64,000 nucleotides of DNA from Nitrososphaerota archaeon (GTDB lineage Archaea; Thermoproteota; Nitrososphaeria; Nitrososphaerales; Gagatemarchaeaceae), in the NCBI GenBank assembly GCA_029785615.1, contig JAFLZH010000004.1, positions 20,545 through 84,544 of the forward strand, in the 5' to 3' direction. Numbering within the stretch: the stretch's first letter is position 1; every line of letters starts with the position of its first letter. The notes beneath the pieces are model-generated. The model was not told where the DNA came from and searched no databases. It saw nothing but the letters and a program-made list of their open reading frames with translations. The position numbers and the translations under genes are program-made. Shown here in pieces: positions 45,440 to 53,076 of the stretch.

Positions 45440-45949
45440 GTGCTGAGGCTTGGACAAAGATACGTGAGGGACGAAAGGACCCTTACGCACCTGTGCCTGG
45501 TCTCCAGGGCGCTGGGGGCGGAGTGTATCTACCTCGAAGACGCCGAGAACGATGTCACGGCGACCCTTGATGAAGTGAATAAGACGTGGGGCGGGGACTT
45601 CCGTGCAATTCTAGGCGAGTCGTGGAAGGGAGTGATGAGGGAGGCGAAAAGGGAGGGGAGGAGCGTGGTCCACCTCACCATGTACGGGATGCCCATCCAA
45701 GATGTGATGCAGGACCTACGAGGGCTCGAGAAGGTACTCATAGTGGTGGGGGGGCCGAAGGTCCCCGGGAAGGTCTACCACGAAGCAGACTTCAACGTCG
45801 CGGTCACCTCGCAGCCACACTCCGAGGTCGCTGCCCTGGCCATAACGCTTCATGAAATCCAGAGCGGGGAAGAGCTTAAGAGGACGTTTCCACAAAGCAG
45901 ACTAAGGATTTTGCCTTCCGCTCGGGGCAAGAGAGTTGTAGAAAATTGA
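45440..45949 (+). CDS. trm56: tRNA (cytidine56-2'-O)-methyltransferase (SPOUT, aTrm56)
   Basis: VLRLGQRYVRDERTLTHLCLVSRALGA ... TWGGDF ... NVAVTSQPHSEVAALAI. Confidence 0.8.
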   Translation: MLRLGQRYVRDERTLTHLCLVSRALGAECIYLEDAENDVTATLDEVNKTWGGDFRAILGESWKGVMREAKREGRSVVHLTMYGMPIQDVMQDLRGLEKVLIVVGGPKVPGKVYHEADFNVAVTSQPHSEVAALAITLHEIQSGEELKRTFPQSRLRILPSARGKRVVEN

Positions 45950-46455
45950 AGATTGAATACGAAGACACCTTTGTGAAGGTGGCCGGACTTATCGGCGGGC
46001 CCGACTACGTCAGGGTGGCGAGGGCCCTTCTGAACAACGAGAACGCGACGGACGAGGAGATTGCGTCCGCCACCGGCCTCAAGATAAAGACGGTGAGGAA
46101 GGCCCTCTACGACCTGTTCGGCCGGAGCCTCATCACAGGAGTGAGGGTCAGGGACCCCAAGAGAGGGTGGTTCGTCTACAGGTGGAAGGCTCAGCGAGAC
46201 CAGACGGATGGATTCATCCAGACCCAGCGGAAGAAGGTACTGAACAGGCTGAGGCAGCGTTTCGAATACGAAGAAGTGCATGAGTTCTACCACTGCGGGA
46301 CCCCGACCTGCCTCACCAGGACGTTCGAGGACGCCATGGAGAACTTCTTCAAGTGCCCGAGCTGCGGAAAGCCACTGAACCGCCTCGACAACGCCGAGCT
46401 GAAGGACGCCCTTCGCTGGAAGATCCATCAGCTGGAAGAGGAACTCGCAAAGTGA
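45946..46455 (+). CDS. tfe: Transcription factor E (TFE alpha)
   Basis: wHTH (ATDEEIASATGLKIKTVRKALYDL) plus the zinc ribbon YHCGTPTC...FKCPSCG. It overlaps trm56 by 4 nt. Confidence 0.88.
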   Translation: MKIEYEDTFVKVAGLIGGPDYVRVARALLNNENATDEEIASATGLKIKTVRKALYDLFGRSLITGVRVRDPKRGWFVYRWKAQRDQTDGFIQTQRKKVLNRLRQRFEYEEVHEFYHCGTPTCLTRTFEDAMENFFKCPSCGKPLNRLDNAELKDALRWKIHQLEEELAK

Positions 46456-46994
46456 TCACTTCCGAAGGGGAGGCCACGGCGCTCCATCGGAAGTACGGCA
46501 GCAACGAAAGGATCATCGAACACTGCAGGACAGTGGCCAAGGCCGCTATGGCGCTGGCGGAGGAGTTCGAGAAGCGCGGCTACGGCGTGGACGAGAGGGC
46601 GGTCTTCGTCGCTGCCATGCTCCATGACATCGGAAGGTCCCGGGTACAGACCGTCAGCCACGGCGTGGAAGGGGCGAGCATCGCCGAGAAAGAGGGGGCG
46701 GGGAAGAAGGTCGCCGAAATAATCCAGAGGCATGTAGGGGCGGGCATCTCGCCCGAGGAGGCAAAGTCCCTGGGGATGCCAGCCCTCGACTACATCCCCC
46801 GGACTCTTGAAGAGAGAATTGTCTGCTTCGCGGACAAGATGGTAGACGGAGTCAAAGTGAGGCCATTCGAGGAGGAGGTGAAGCGGTTCACGGCCAAGGA
46901 GCACGATGTGGCCCGCCTCCTCGCGCTCAGAGAAAGCCTCCGGGAAGAGCTCGGGGAGGACCCAGAAAGGGCAGTCTTCGACAACGTGAAATAG
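46452..46994 (+). CDS. HD-domain phosphohydrolase
   Basis: IIEHCRTVAKAA ... AAMLHDIGR ... QRHVGAGI. A GTG at 46452 overlaps the tfe stop; the tracked upstream extension lies inside tfe. Confidence 0.75.
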   Translation: MITSEGEATALHRKYGSNERIIEHCRTVAKAAMALAEEFEKRGYGVDERAVFVAAMLHDIGRSRVQTVSHGVEGASIAEKEGAGKKVAEIIQRHVGAGISPEEAKSLGMPALDYIPRTLEERIVCFADKMVDGVKVRPFEEEVKRFTAKEHDVARLLALRESLREELGEDPERAVFDNVK

Positions 46995-47016
46995 CGACAC
47001 CGTTGGCTAAGAAACC

Positions 47017-47124
47017 ATGGCCTCTTGCATATGCAAGGTCTGCAGGCACAAGGACTACGAGAGCTGCTCGAAGTGCACCTGCTGTAGGTATCAGCGTGCG
47101 GCCTGCATGCCGGTGACAGGTTAG
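47017..47124 (+). CDS. Candidate 35-aa cysteine-rich micro-protein
   Basis: Below the ORF-track cut-off. My translation is MASCICKVCRHKDYESCSKCTCCRYQRAACMPVTG (8 Cys). Third-codon positions are mostly G/C, as in neighbouring genes. A GCCC-CCGT-GGGC hairpin follows the stop. Confidence 0.4.
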   Translation: MASCICKVCRHKDYESCSKCTCCRYQRAACMPVTG

Positions 47125-47170
47125 GCCCCCGTGGGCAAGACTTAAGGGAGAACCGCGAGGAGGCTTCCGC

Positions 47171-47299
47171 AGCGAGGTGGGGAAGCCAGACCCCCCGTGG
47201 GGGTAAGGATCATCCCGGCGGGCTCATAAGCGAAAGCTTGGAAACCCGCAGAGCGGAGGTTCAAAAGGAGAGCAATCTCCTGAAAGTCCTCCCCTCGCT
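47171..47299 (+). ncRNA. Candidate structured ncRNA of unknown family
   Basis: A 13-bp closing stem (AGCGAGGTGGGGA / TCCTCCCCTCGCT, one mismatch) encloses hairpins CCCC-CCGT-GGGG, AAGC-GAAA-GCTT and GGAGA-GCAA-TCTCC (two GNRA loops). A T7 tract lies at 47347-47353. There is no credible ORF. Confidence 0.35.
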
Positions 47300-47810
47300 A
47301 CTTTTCGAAGAGCCCCCGACCGTTCAACCGTCTCGCTCGTGCCCTCTTTTTTTCTCAGGTTGAATTTCCTAAGGTCGACGTGCTAGCAGGCTTCCAAGTT
47401 GTGCCCGTTGGCTCAAGCCGGCTTCTAGGAGAGGCCGAAGTCAAGGAATCGTCTTGTGAGGGTATGCCTGGAAATTAGATGCGGGAGGGTGTTCTTGATG
47501 AGCGCTTTTGCTGCGCCTCCGCGCTGGCCGCGAGCCCAATCTAGTCCTCCTCCCCGAAAGTGAAAGGGACGTTGGCCCTCTTACGTCGGATTGCCAGGCA
47601 GCCATTGGTTCGCGAAGTGGCACCCCTGATACCGTGAAACGAAGATGAGTGTTGTTTGGTCCGACGGGGGATCCTGGGCTCTCATACGTTTCCACGCGGC
47701 AGAATCACTGAATTGGCTCGGGTCGTGCCGCAGAACCGGCCAAAGCGTCACTGCCTGGGGCGCATCTTATATCTACGGCCCCGTGGCTTTCTAGACCTGT
47801 GCCTGGGAGC

Positions 47811-48158
47811 ATGGTTGCGGATCAGATAAGGGGCGTACACGTCGTGCATGCGCAGTGGTGCCCGCACTGCCACCCGACCACGGTGGAACCGGTGGGAGAG
47901 AAAGCCGCTGAACTCGGATTGGAATTCCACGACTACGACATAGACAACCCTGACCAGGTAAAGAAAGCGGACGCGCTCATCCGAGACCATGGCGACTGGT
48001 CCGAGGACTATCTGATACCGCAGGTCTTCTTGGAGATGCGGGATGGGACAATTCGCCATGTTCTGACCGGCTACTCGGAAGGTGTGGAGCTTACCAGAAG
48101 GGCGGTCGCGAACCTGCTGAACAGTCCCTACTTTCGAGGTGGCGCGCCTGCAAGATAG
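47811..48158 (+). CDS. Thioredoxin-fold protein with a CPHC active site (glutaredoxin-like)
   Basis: VVHAQWCPHCHP ... IPQVFL. The ATG at 47811 is preferred; the tracked GTG is at 47799. Confidence 0.7.
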   Translation: MVADQIRGVHVVHAQWCPHCHPTTVEPVGEKAAELGLEFHDYDIDNPDQVKKADALIRDHGDWSEDYLIPQVFLEMRDGTIRHVLTGYSEGVELTRRAVANLLNSPYFRGGAPAR

Positions 48159-48600
48159 GGCGATGGAGGTAGCGCGCTCCATCCTAGCAACCACCGCCAA
48201 GTGCTCACATTGCAGCGGCCAGGCGGCCATCGAATACCTCGAGGGCGGCTCGATCGGGGTGCACGTCTGCCCAGGCAGATATGTCTCAAGGATAATCGCG
48301 TATGGCAACCCGCTCGACCTGGACAGATTCAGGGAGTTCGTTCAAGGGGCCGTTCAGGGGACGCAGAGAATCGACGACACCGATGTGAGGGTAGCGAGCC
48401 GCTACGCCTGGGACCTGGGGCTCGACAGGGCCAGCAACGACCTGATCCTCAAGGAGATGTACTGGACGCAGAACTACCGCAGGGCCAAGAGCGAAGACCC
48501 AGACAGGGTTGCCCTCTTCTTCTGCGCCAATGGAGACTCGTTCTTCGTCCAAGCAGTCCAGGGAAATGAGAGGCTCTGCAGCAAGTGCAGGAACCCATAG
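48139..48600 (+). CDS. Hypothetical protein with split Cys pairs, possibly zinc-binding
   Basis: CSHCSG...VCPG near the N-terminus and CSKC at the C-terminus. It overlaps the preceding Trx-like gene; the start may instead be the ATG at 48163. Confidence 0.45.
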   Translation: MARLQDRAMEVARSILATTAKCSHCSGQAAIEYLEGGSIGVHVCPGRYVSRIIAYGNPLDLDRFREFVQGAVQGTQRIDDTDVRVASRYAWDLGLDRASNDLILKEMYWTQNYRRAKSEDPDRVALFFCANGDSFFVQAVQGNERLCSKCRNP

Positions 48601-48736
48601 GGAACGCATAACACTGCGCACGCCATCCCCAATCGCCGTCCTCCCCTAACCGGGAGTCTTGTCCGACCAACGCGGTCCATGCCGGCCAGAATCCCCCCAC
48701 CATGTATTTACGCCCCGTCCCTGAACCTGAGGGCAC

Positions 48737-49909
48737 TTGCCAGGGGAATCGACGAAGTCCGTCCATGAAGCAGAACCCTTCGACGAGGGCACCGGCTCGC
48801 TTGTCGCGCCCATCTATGAGACTTCGACCTTCGGGTTCGCCAGGGCTGCAGACGTCCCTCTCGCGGTGTCAGGCTCAGGGGAGAAGGGGTACACGTACTC
48901 GAGGTGGGACAACCCCACCGTCGTGAGGCTTGAGAAGAAGCTCGGAGCCTTCGAGCATGCAGGGGGCGGCGCAGCCTTCTCGTCTGGGATGGCAGCGATA
49001 TCCACCGCCGTCTTCGCCTTCCTGGAGAAGGGATCCCACGTGCTGGCGATCAGAGACCTCTATGGTGGGACATTCGGGCTCCTCCACGACATCCTCCCCG
49101 GGCTCGGCTTCGACATTACCCTGGTGGACACCGGAAATTTTGAGGCCCTGGAGAGGGGCGTGAAGAAGAACACGAAGATAGTCTACATCGAGAGCCCCAC
49201 GAATCCCACCCTGAAGGTGGTCGACATAGGAAAGGCGGCCAAGCTCGCCCATTCGAACGGCGCGCTGTTAATGGTGGACAACACCTTTGCGTCGCCGATC
49301 AACCAGAACCCCCTGGACCTGGGGGCAGACGTCGTCCTGCACAGCGCCACGAAATATCTCAACGGGCATGCGGACCTGATAGCAGGCGCGGCGATGGCTG
49401 ACGCCGAGAGGATTCGTAAGATCAAGATGACGAGGAGGGAGTTCGGAGGGACACTGGACGCGCTCCCCGCCTGGCTAGTCCTCCGCGGCATGAAGACCAT
49501 GGCCATCAGGGTGAGGCAGCAGAACGCCAGCGCCATGGCCCTGGCGGAATTCCTGTCGACCCACAAGAAGGTGGCGTCAGTGCATTACCCCGGACTCAAG
49601 ACACACCCGCAGCACCGGCTCGCGCGGAAACAGATGAAGGGCTTCGGCGGCATGCTGAGTTTCGAGGTCGATGGGACGGCGGGGGACGCCATGAGGTTCA
49701 CCGAGTCAGTGAAGATTGCGACCCTCGCCGCAAGCCTTGGCGGGGTCGAGACACTGGTGTCGCAACCCTACAACATGACCCACACCCAGATGTCGGCCGA
49801 AGACAGGGAGAAAACTGGGATTCCTGAGACGCTTGTGAGGGTCTCGGTTGGGATAGAGGACGTGAACGACCTCATCGAAGACTTCAGGCGTGCACTCGCA
49901 GCTGTGTAG
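48737..49909 (+). CDS. PLP-dependent Cys/Met-metabolism enzyme (cystathionine gamma-synthase/lyase or O-acylhomoserine sulfhydrylase family)
   Basis: The PLP-lysine motif SATKYLNGHADL, VDNTFASP and the overall MetB/MetC/MetY pattern. Confidence 0.85.
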   Translation: MPGESTKSVHEAEPFDEGTGSLVAPIYETSTFGFARAADVPLAVSGSGEKGYTYSRWDNPTVVRLEKKLGAFEHAGGGAAFSSGMAAISTAVFAFLEKGSHVLAIRDLYGGTFGLLHDILPGLGFDITLVDTGNFEALERGVKKNTKIVYIESPTNPTLKVVDIGKAAKLAHSNGALLMVDNTFASPINQNPLDLGADVVLHSATKYLNGHADLIAGAAMADAERIRKIKMTRREFGGTLDALPAWLVLRGMKTMAIRVRQQNASAMALAEFLSTHKKVASVHYPGLKTHPQHRLARKQMKGFGGMLSFEVDGTAGDAMRFTESVKIATLAASLGGVETLVSQPYNMTHTQMSAEDREKTGIPETLVRVSVGIEDVNDLIEDFRRALAAV

Positions 49910-51074
49910 AGGGCTCGAGCCAGCCCTCGACAGACTCCGCTTCCTCGTAGACCTCCAGGCCGTATCTGATCAGAGGCTTGGTCAGGTGCCTGTTTGCCCT
50001 TGGGGATGGAATGTAGACTCCTGCCTCCAGCCCCCCAACGCGGGTGCGCTTCACCTCGAGCTTCTCCATGTTGAGAATCTTCGGGTGGCGAGATGTCGCT
50101 CTCCTTACACCTCCGAAGGCGCGAATCGTGTCCCCCCTCTTCAGCAGCTTCGCGGAGCGCCTGAGGTCCCCCGTGGGCTCGTAGGCTGCCAGCATGTGCC
50201 TCCCCCCGCTTTGGTCGAAAGTTACGTAGACGTGCCCCCCCTCCCCCACCTCCACCTCCTCGACCGTGCCGTCCACCCAGCCAGAGGAGTAGACCTTCCA
50301 ATCCAGCTCCCTCTGGATGTGAGCGTCGGTGTGCTGGTTGGACAGGTAGACCATGTGCCCTTCCAGAAGCTCGTCGTACTTCAGCATACTGAAGGCCCTG
50401 ACCACGCTGGAGGGAGAGTCGCCGCGGATCCCAACGAAGACCGGGTCCGGCCCGTGGGGGGCGACCAGGACCTTCCTCTTCTGATAGTCGAAGCTGTTGA
50501 AGGTGTGGGGAAACATACGAGCGTCCATCTCCTTGACTGACGAGCTGTCGACGAGCCGCCTCGTCCCCCAGCGCTCCTTCCTCCTGTATGCGATGAGCTC
50601 GTAGGTGTGGTCTGAGGTCCCTGCGAACCCGAGAGAGGCGGCGGCCCCCACCACCCCCATGCCGTTGCCGAGCTCGAGGGTCCTCCCCCCTGCCTGTCTG
50701 ATGAGGCTCCGGGCCCTTTGCGGGCTGACGACCGCGGAGAGCGCGTCCTGATAGAGGTCCTCGAAGGCATCTGCCTTCGAGGCGCAGTCGAGGAAGACCA
50801 ACCCAGAGTTGGCTCCCCCCTCGACGTCAGCCAGGGCCCTTACCTTAGACGAAAGGGCACGGAAAGCTTCGTCCGGGTCGTCCCCCTCGAGAGTCAGACA
50901 CACCGCGGCGTTTCCCCGCGTCTTGAACGGGATGTTGGGGTTGAGCCTGACCAGGCGCGGATAGGCGCACACCCTGACCACCGGGCTGAGGTCGGTGGCA
51001 ATCCGGTAGGCAAGATATGTGGTGCAGTAGCCGCGGGCGGAATCGGTGTCGTCGATGCCTGCTAGGAACCGCAC
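49884..51074 (-). CDS. tiaS: tRNA(Ile2) 2-agmatinylcytidine synthetase
   Basis: The N-terminal GIDDTDSARGYCTTYLA block is characteristic of TiaS; about 400 aa with an OB/zinc-ribbon-like C-terminus. Confidence 0.8.
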   Translation of the reverse strand: MRFLAGIDDTDSARGYCTTYLAYRIATDLSPVVRVCAYPRLVRLNPNIPFKTRGNAAVCLTLEGDDPDEAFRALSSKVRALADVEGGANSGLVFLDCASKADAFEDLYQDALSAVVSPQRARSLIRQAGGRTLELGNGMGVVGAAASLGFAGTSDHTYELIAYRRKERWGTRRLVDSSSVKEMDARMFPHTFNSFDYQKRKVLVAPHGPDPVFVGIRGDSPSSVVRAFSMLKYDELLEGHMVYLSNQHTDAHIQRELDWKVYSSGWVDGTVEEVEVGEGGHVYVTFDQSGGRHMLAAYEPTGDLRRSAKLLKRGDTIRAFGGVRRATSRHPKILNMEKLEVKRTRVGGLEAGVYIPSPRANRHLTKPLIRYGLEVYEEAESVEGWLEPSTQLRVHA

Positions 51075-51120
51075 GAAAGGCTATGCCGGCCTAGGGGCGT
51101 TTTAAGCGTGGAAGCGATGG

Positions 51121-51354
51121 TTACGCGTCTACCACGATCATGGTGAGGGTGCTCCTCACCTTGTCGAGGCGTCTGATGTTCCAGGTGATTGTCTCCTTGA
51201 CCTTCTCCATGGTGTCGGCTTCCACCCTGGCGACGATGTCGTAGACGCCGTAGACTACATAGACCTCCTTGACGTTGGGGATCTCACGGAGCTTCTTGAG
51301 CAGGTCCTCTTCAGCCCCGAGGTCCGCGTTCACCAGGACGAATGCTTGAGGGAT
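51121..51354 (-). CDS. Stand-alone Lrp/AsnC-type ligand-binding (RAM) domain protein
   Basis: PQAFVLVNADLGAEEDLLKKLREIPNVKEVYVVYGVYDIVARVEA. I see no canonical start codon near 51354. The frame is open up to the ATG at 51495, but that N-terminal extension looks non-protein-like. The start is unresolved. Confidence 0.55.
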   Translation of the reverse strand: MPQAFVLVNADLGAEEDLLKKLREIPNVKEVYVVYGVYDIVARVEADTMEKVKETITWNIRRLDKVRSTLTMIVVDA

Positions 51355-51478
51355 GCCAGATCTACCTCTCCTCTTTCTCTGAGAGCATTCAGTAATAACC
51401 GTTGCCCTATGCCGTGAAGGTGCCGCCTGGCAGACAGTAGATAAGGAACCGGCCAGGGGCTGGCCAGGGAACCGCGCC

Positions 51479-52003
51479 TTGCTAGGAGTATTCACCCTCG
51501 AAATGGGTCAGGACGACCCCGCGAAGTGCACCGCCAGGAAGATGGTCAACATGGACCTGGCGAAGGGGGTCAGCCGCAAGTTCCACGCCTCGGACAAGAT
51601 AGTCGTCCTGAACCCATTCGCTCACAGGGTACTGTCCCAGCCTGACCGTGGAGTCAAGGCCGTGCTCGCCGTCGACTGCTCATGGAACCAGGCCCAGGAG
51701 GTCTTCTTCAGGAAGCTCGGGGGGAAGCACCGGAGGCTCCCGGTGCTCCTGGCGGCGAACCCCACCAACTACTCCAGGGCTGGGATGCTCAGCTCATTGG
51801 AAGCGGTGGCGGCCACCATGTACGTCCTGGGCGAGGTCGAAGAGGCCGAGAGGTACCTCAACATCTACAAGTGGGGCCCCACCTTCTTGACCCTCAACCA
51901 CGAGCCGCTGGAGGCATACCGTAGGGCCAGGACGGAAGGGAAGGTGAGGCAGGCGGAGAGAGAGTACTTCCCTCACCTTTTCGCGCCAGACTCTCTCCAG
52001 TAA
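51479..52003 (+). CDS. tsr3: 16S rRNA aminocarboxypropyltransferase Tsr3
   Basis: QDDPAKCTARKM ... AVDCSWNQA ... LLAANPTNYSRAGMLSSLEAVAATMY. Confidence 0.85.
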   Translation: MLGVFTLEMGQDDPAKCTARKMVNMDLAKGVSRKFHASDKIVVLNPFAHRVLSQPDRGVKAVLAVDCSWNQAQEVFFRKLGGKHRRLPVLLAANPTNYSRAGMLSSLEAVAATMYVLGEVEEAERYLNIYKWGPTFLTLNHEPLEAYRRARTEGKVRQAEREYFPHLFAPDSLQ

Positions 52004-52057
52004 GAATACTGAAGCCCACGGTCGGCGCGGCTGTTTGAGGAGCGCCCTTCACGAACC

Positions 52058-52520
52058 AAGGACTCGCGGAGCTCGCCATGGGCGTGATGCCGGCCACTCG
52101 CATAGGAAGCATCTCGTTTCGAGGTCAAACGTCGGGCGCCGCCCGCTCGGTCGGACAGCCGCACTGCCCATGTGCCGCGCCCGGGAAAGGGTTAACTGTA
52201 GTTGAGGGGCCCGCGAAGCCGACGCGAGCCGGTGGACGGGCCACGGGGATCTCCTGGGGAAGTTCCTCCCTCACTGCAGGACGCACGGCGCCAGGAGGCG
52301 CGACCGGAGACGGTCGGCTCCAGAACAGAAACGAGACCCGGCCCACCTCGAGCGATGATGGGGCGACCTTGAGGTCGGTGGGACGCGGGATGAAACGGCT
52401 GACCCGTGCGGAGCAAGGCCAAACGTGGCCGATGAAGTGCCTGCGACAGGCCAGGGTAGGCCGCTGAGCGGAATCCCGTCTAGAACAGAAGGAGGACTAC
52501 GGCCGGCACACGTCGGAGTC
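52058..52520 (+). ncRNA. rnpB: RNase P RNA (type A-like); core secure, 5' boundary uncertain
   Basis: CR-I-like GGGGAAGTTCCTCCC pairs with the CR-V-like ACAGAAGGAGGACTACGG to form P4 with a bulged U. Also present are CAGAACAGAAACGAGACC, GGATGAAACGGCTG, GCGGAGCAAGGCCAAACG and AGGGTAGGCCGCTGAGCGG. P2 is TGTGCCG/CGGCACA. A possible P1 is AGGACTC (about 52059) with GAGTCCT (about 52516). Confidence 0.8.
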
Positions 52521-52522
52521 CT

Positions 52523-52557
52523 CGGGAGAGGGGTAAAACCCTCTCTCGTGGGCTTTT
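52523..52557 (+). terminator. Hairpin plus T-tract after the RNase P RNA
   Basis: A 10-bp stem CGGGAGAGGG/CCCTCTCTCG with a GTAAAA loop, followed by TGGGCTTTTCC. Confidence 0.5.
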
Positions 52558-53076
52558 CCATCGGAACAAGCAATGGAGGCTAACCCAAGTGGGGTGCTAG
52601 ATTATCCGAGACTTAAAGTGGGGATGAACACGAATCAGATTCTACCTTTCAATCTGTCTGGGCACAGGTAGGAGGTTACTTCGATGGAGATAGATTGCCC
52701 ACATCCGAGTTGACTCCCCCGTCGTCCTGAAGTTCATCCTCGCTTGGGTTGACAACTAGCGCGAGCGACTGCGATGGCTCAGACTCTCCCTTCTAACGAA
52801 GGGTTTGCAGTCGGGCTGATCTGAACCACGGCAAAGAGGCGCTCGTGCTTCGAGTAGCAAGCACCAGGACGGCGCTGGCTGCCGTAAAGGAGTTGGTAAG
52901 ACATTGTTTCAAGAAGCTCAGAGAATTGCAAGCGACTGTTGATTATTATTAGAACAGGGTTACCGGAACCGCGGTTCTATCAGAATTCAATGAGCTGATA
53001 CAAGCAAGAACACGCCTCGGTAAGACAATGCCATTGGTCCCACTATCGGCATTTGTTGATGCCATGTGTCAAATAG

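Noticed and set aside
47140-47300. Possible cobalamin riboswitch (AAGGGAGAACC..., GGGGAAGCCAGACC) or a second SRP-like RNA.
   Set aside because: I could not find the B12 box (AGYCMGGAGACCKGCC-like) or the GCCACTG element, no B12-related gene follows, and archaeal cobalamin riboswitches are not established. The SRP helix-8 signature is absent here and present at 22.3-22.6 kb. I kept it only as an unclassified candidate ncRNA.
51355-51495. The N-terminal 47 residues of the Lrp-like ORF as tracked.
   Set aside because: The segment is Pro/Ser/Arg/Gln-rich and lacks any HTH pattern, and the recognisable RAM domain begins after it. However, no canonical start codon is visible near 51354, so the start is left unresolved rather than asserted.
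52078-52573. Several 70-130-aa ORFs on both strands between tsr3 and the giant gene.
   Set aside because: The region carries the conserved RNase P RNA core, and the ORFs are Arg/Gly/Pro-rich artefacts.
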